64,000 nucleotides of DNA. It comes from Acidimicrobiales bacterium (GTDB lineage Bacteria > Actinomycetota > Acidimicrobiia > Acidimicrobiales > Ilumatobacteraceae). Under the pieces are notes generated by a model. That model was not told the DNA's origin, ran no database searches, and saw only the letters and a program-made list of their open reading frames with translations. Location of the stretch: NCBI GenBank assembly GCA_030828465.1, contig JAURCL010000006.1:6355-70354 (forward strand), read 5' to 3'. Shown piece after piece: positions 61,089 to 64,000 of the stretch; position 1 is the stretch's first letter; every line of letters begins with the position of its first letter. Both the position numbers and the translations under genes were made by a program.

Positions 61089-62356
61089 CGTCCCTCCTCG
61101 TCACCTGAACGGCGCCGACGGTACCAGCCACGATCGGCGAGTTCATCGGGAAGATATCGCTGCCCCTCCGCCTGAATCGGATCGTCGTGGGGTGAGATGT
61201 AGTCGGTCCCATGGCCGAGATCAGTGGCGCCCGAGTAGTGGGCGTCACGCAGATGAGCGGGCACCTCCCCCACGGCACCGGCCCGAACATCGGCACGCGC
61301 ACCCCAGATCGCCCGCGAGACGGCTGCGCTCTTCGGCGCCCGCGCGACCGCGATCGCTGCCTGCGCCAGGTTGAGTTGTGCCTCCGGCAGGCCCACGAAC
61401 TCCACCGCTCTCGCGGCTGCGACAGCGACACCCAGTACCGAGTCATCGGCATCGCCCACATCTTCGCTGGCGGCGATCACGATGCGCCGAGCGATGAACC
61501 GGGCGTCCTCCCCGGCCTCGAGCATTCGGGCCAACCAGTAGACCGCGGCGTCGGGATCTGAGCCCCGCATCGACTTGATGAAGGCGCTGATCACGTCGTA
61601 GTGGTCGTCGCGCCCGTAACGCAAAGCGCTGGTTCCCAATGCTGCTTCGACGTGCTCGAGCCCGACCGACTCCGAGTCAGCGAGCGCGCAGGCCACTTCG
61701 AGGGCGGTGAGCACTTGGCGTCCGTCGCCGCCGGCCCGGTCCACCAACAGTTCGACCGCATCATCGGAGGCGGTCGCTCCCTCGGCTGCCAACCCGCGCT
61801 GCACCAGGGCTCGGATGTCTTCGCGACCGAGGGGCTCGAGCCGGAAGAGCGTCGAGCGACTCCGAAGTGGAGCGTTGACCTCGAAGAACGGATTCTCGGT
61901 TGTCGCCCCGATCAGGGTGACGGTTCCGTCCTCAACAGCGGGCAGAAGCGCGTCCTGTTGCGACTTGGAGAACCGGTGGATCTCATCAAGAAACAAGATC
62001 GTCCCGCGGCCCTGTTCCCCGAGGAGCGCGGTCGCCCGCGCGATCGTGGCCCGCACATCGGCGACACCGGCGGTGACCGCCGAGAGTTGCTCGAAGGCGC
62101 GTGCGGTGGAACCCGCGATGGCCAGAGCGAGGGTGGTCTTACCGGTGCCCGGAGGGCCCCACAGGATCGCCGAGGTGAGCCGGTCCTGCTCCACGAGTCG
62201 GCGTAGCGGTCGTCCCGGACCGACAAGGTGCGTCTGCCCGACGACATCGTCGATGGTCGTCGGCCGGAGTCGCGCGGCGAGCGGTGACTTGGATCTGAGG
62301 CGATCGCGAGCCGCGGCACTGAAAAGATCGGCGTTATCCACGCAACATCTCCTCAT
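61085..62356 (-). CDS. rarA: replication-associated recombination protein A (MgsA/RarA AAA+ ATPase)
   Basis: LRPTTIDDVVGQTHL, WGPPGTGKTT, LFLDEIHRFSKSQQDALLP and the C-terminal MgsA domain (AVYWLARML). An alternative GTG start is at 62341. Confidence 0.9.
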   Translation of the reverse strand: MRRCCVDNADLFSAAARDRLRSKSPLAARLRPTTIDDVVGQTHLVGPGRPLRRLVEQDRLTSAILWGPPGTGKTTLALAIAGSTARAFEQLSAVTAGVADVRATIARATALLGEQGRGTILFLDEIHRFSKSQQDALLPAVEDGTVTLIGATTENPFFEVNAPLRSRSTLFRLEPLGREDIRALVQRGLAAEGATASDDAVELLVDRAGGDGRQVLTALEVACALADSESVGLEHVEAALGTSALRYGRDDHYDVISAFIKSMRGSDPDAAVYWLARMLEAGEDARFIARRIVIAASEDVGDADDSVLGVAVAAARAVEFVGLPEAQLNLAQAAIAVARAPKSAAVSRAIWGARADVRAGAVGEVPAHLRDAHYSGATDLGHGTDYISPHDDPIQAEGQRYLPDELADRGWYRRRRSGDEEGR

Positions 62357-62765
62357 AGCCCGCCCGTCGGAACGGTGCCACGACGTCGATGAGGTGCTCT
62401 GGAGTCATCCAGCCCCAGTCGGCGAACTCGACCCCGTCGGGAGTGGGCTCGATGAGGTCGTCGACGACGTCGAAGTAGAACCATCGGTGCGCCTGACCGA
62501 TCCGTCCGGGTCGCCGATGCTCCTCAGGGAGCTCGTAGACCGTCCATCGTGACGATGAGCCCGCGCCTCGGACCGCTTCTGGTCCGAGTCCCGTCTCCTC
62601 CGCCAGCTCGCGCCAGGCAGCCTGCTCGGGCGTCTCATCGATATCGATGCCACCCTGGGGCAGTTGCCACGCGCCGCGGACGTCCGATCTCTCGAACGCG
62701 AGCACCCGGCCATCTCCGCGTCGCACCACGAGGATCACCCCGGCTCGAAAATGGGGACCCGCCAC
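62334..62765 (-). CDS. NUDIX hydrolase (RppH-like)
   Basis: Nudix box GGIDIDETPEQAAWRELAEETGL. The GTG at 62765 avoids overlap with the upstream gene; the ORF start at 62852 is also possible. Confidence 0.8.
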   Translation of the reverse strand: MAGPHFRAGVILVVRRGDGRVLAFERSDVRGAWQLPQGGIDIDETPEQAAWRELAEETGLGPEAVRGAGSSSRWTVYELPEEHRRPGRIGQAHRWFYFDVVDDLIEPTPDGVEFADWGWMTPEHLIDVVAPFRRAGYEEMLRG

Positions 62766-62799
62766 GGGATCAGAGTATTCCGCGCCGAATTCGGGTCCG

Positions 62800-63678
62800 T
62801 CAGCGGCCGAGTTGGCGGAGGCGGCTGCGCACGTCAACGAAGTCGTCGTCATGGGAGAGGATGCGCTCGAACCATCGGCGAGCCGCGATCACGTCGCCGG
62901 CCCGGTCGTGGAGGTCGGCCAGCACGTACCACTGCCGGAGATGGTGGTCTCGAACCCGCTTCGGCCGCGCGGTGGCCGGCTCCATCAGCGCGATGGCTCC
63001 ACCAAGGTCTCCTCCATCGGCGAGAGAGCCCGACGCGACGACTCGGCCCTCTGCCATAACCTCGTGAGACGGCGACATTCCCTTCAACTCGTTCCACACG
63101 GACGCCACTTCTCGGTGACGCCCGAGCGCTCGGAGACAGTCCATCAGGACCGGAAGGGTCGACGGCTCCGCCCGCAGGTCCTGCGAGCGCTCGAGGGCAG
63201 CGGCAGCCGGCCGCCAGTTGCCCATGCGGTAGTTCGCGAGCCCGATGATCTCGTGCACGGCTGCCACCGAACTGAGCTCACGAACCAGGGCGTTCGCCAT
63301 CCTCCGCGCGTCACCGAAGCGCTCACGCTCCAGTGCCTCGTAAGCGTTCAGTAGGCGCTCGCGAAGATGGGCTCCGCGCTGCCCGCCACCCGATACCCCA
63401 TCGATTTCAGCCGCGAGCGTGGGCGACAGATCCGACGGGGCTCGACGGCGCTCGGCGCGCTCCACCGCCGCGACCGCCTCCTCGCGAACCGGTCCCTCAT
63501 CGATCCATTCGGCTTGCGGTTCCGGTGGCGCGTCCTGGCCGATGCCGCCCTTGCGGCGAAATCCGCCTCCTCGAGACCGAACCTCGGCTGCTCGGCGCTC
63601 CGCCTCATTGCGCGGCTCGCGTGCGGGAAGCCGACGGTCTGACCCCTCGGCCCGACCATCGCCGTCGCGATGCCCCAC
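62800..63678 (-). CDS. TPR-like repeat protein; N-terminal boundary unresolved
   Basis: The C-terminal ~170 aa form TPR-like helix pairs (ANYRMGNWRPAAAALERSQDL..., WYVLADLHDRAGDVIAARRWFERIL). The frame stays open upstream to the window edge (Gly/Arg-rich translation). See the finding on competing frames. Confidence 0.65.
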   Translation of the reverse strand: MGHRDGDGRAEGSDRRLPAREPRNEAERRAAEVRSRGGGFRRKGGIGQDAPPEPQAEWIDEGPVREEAVAAVERAERRRAPSDLSPTLAAEIDGVSGGGQRGAHLRERLLNAYEALERERFGDARRMANALVRELSSVAAVHEIIGLANYRMGNWRPAAAALERSQDLRAEPSTLPVLMDCLRALGRHREVASVWNELKGMSPSHEVMAEGRVVASGSLADGGDLGGAIALMEPATARPKRVRDHHLRQWYVLADLHDRAGDVIAARRWFERILSHDDDFVDVRSRLRQLGR

Positions 63679-64000
63679 CCGGGGTGAACCCGGACGGCCG
63701 CGACCTCCCGGTCGCCCGGCCCCGCCTCGACCTGCTCCGCCGCGTCCTGCTCCGCCGCGAGCCGGTGCACCACCTCGACCGCTTCCACCGGGGCGCCCGG
63801 AACCTTCACCGCGACCGGATCCCCCTGCGCGACCACCCGAGCTCCGCCCCCTTGCGTCTCCGGACGGGCGATCCGACGCCGCGCGATCTCCTCCCCCGTC
63901 TCGTCGACCGGACCCTCCTCGGCCCCCACCAGTTCCCGAACCCCGACCGGGCCCACCGCGCCGACCGCCTCGGGCTGGACCACTCGGTGAGCCCCGGCCA

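Noticed and set aside
1-64000. CRISPR arrays, IS elements, rRNA genes, toxin-antitoxin pairs, known defence systems
   Set aside because: None were seen. The only tandem DNA repeats noticed (3 x 12 bp at 5795-5830, 2 x 15 bp at 63731-63759, and the PG-binding domain repeats) lie in coding low-complexity or domain-repeat regions.

Overview
GC-rich actinobacterial chromosome segment, identified by WhiB, a Pup-proteasome locus, Ni-SOD and strong G/C bias at codon position 3. It is almost wall-to-wall coding: about 75 CDS and one tRNA-Pro(GGG), with no rRNA. I saw no transposase, integrase, CRISPR array, toxin-antitoxin pair or recognisable phage-defence island, and composition looks uniform by eye. 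Two blocks are syntenic with M. tuberculosis. The first is CDP-alcohol phosphatidyltransferase-gcvH-FHA(garA position)-MerR-DUF151-MerR (Rv1822-Rv1830). The second is helY-tatC-tatA...pafA...prcA-prcB-pup-dop-arc-trmI (Rv2092c-Rv2118c). The rest is housekeeping: der, prfC, tkt-tal, thyX, rarA, lepB, sodN/sodX, cell-wall enzymes and small regulators. I found no clear-cut new system. The best candidates for a second look are listed here. (1) The Pup-proteasome operon has a complete 5-oxoprolinase pxpABC module between prcA and pafA, and pafBC is absent. (2) A tightly packed ttuB(GG-terminated Ubl)-ttuA-trmI tRNA-modification operon sits directly beside arc, so two ubiquitin-like tags lie within about 6 kb. 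(3) A tandem S13 DD-peptidase pair has a downstream copy that has lost all three catalytic motifs. (4) The Ni-SOD Ni-hook reads HCDLYCG, with Tyr at the position occupied by Pro in the Streptomyces enzyme. (5) A long LOG/PpnN-like nucleosidase is translationally coupled to tkt-tal where zwf-opcA-pgl would be expected. (6) A 435-nt structured leader lies upstream of a 5xPG-binding/M23 peptidase. All calls come from reading the supplied translations and DNA by eye. Family names are from memory of motifs, no searches were run, and start codons are best guesses.
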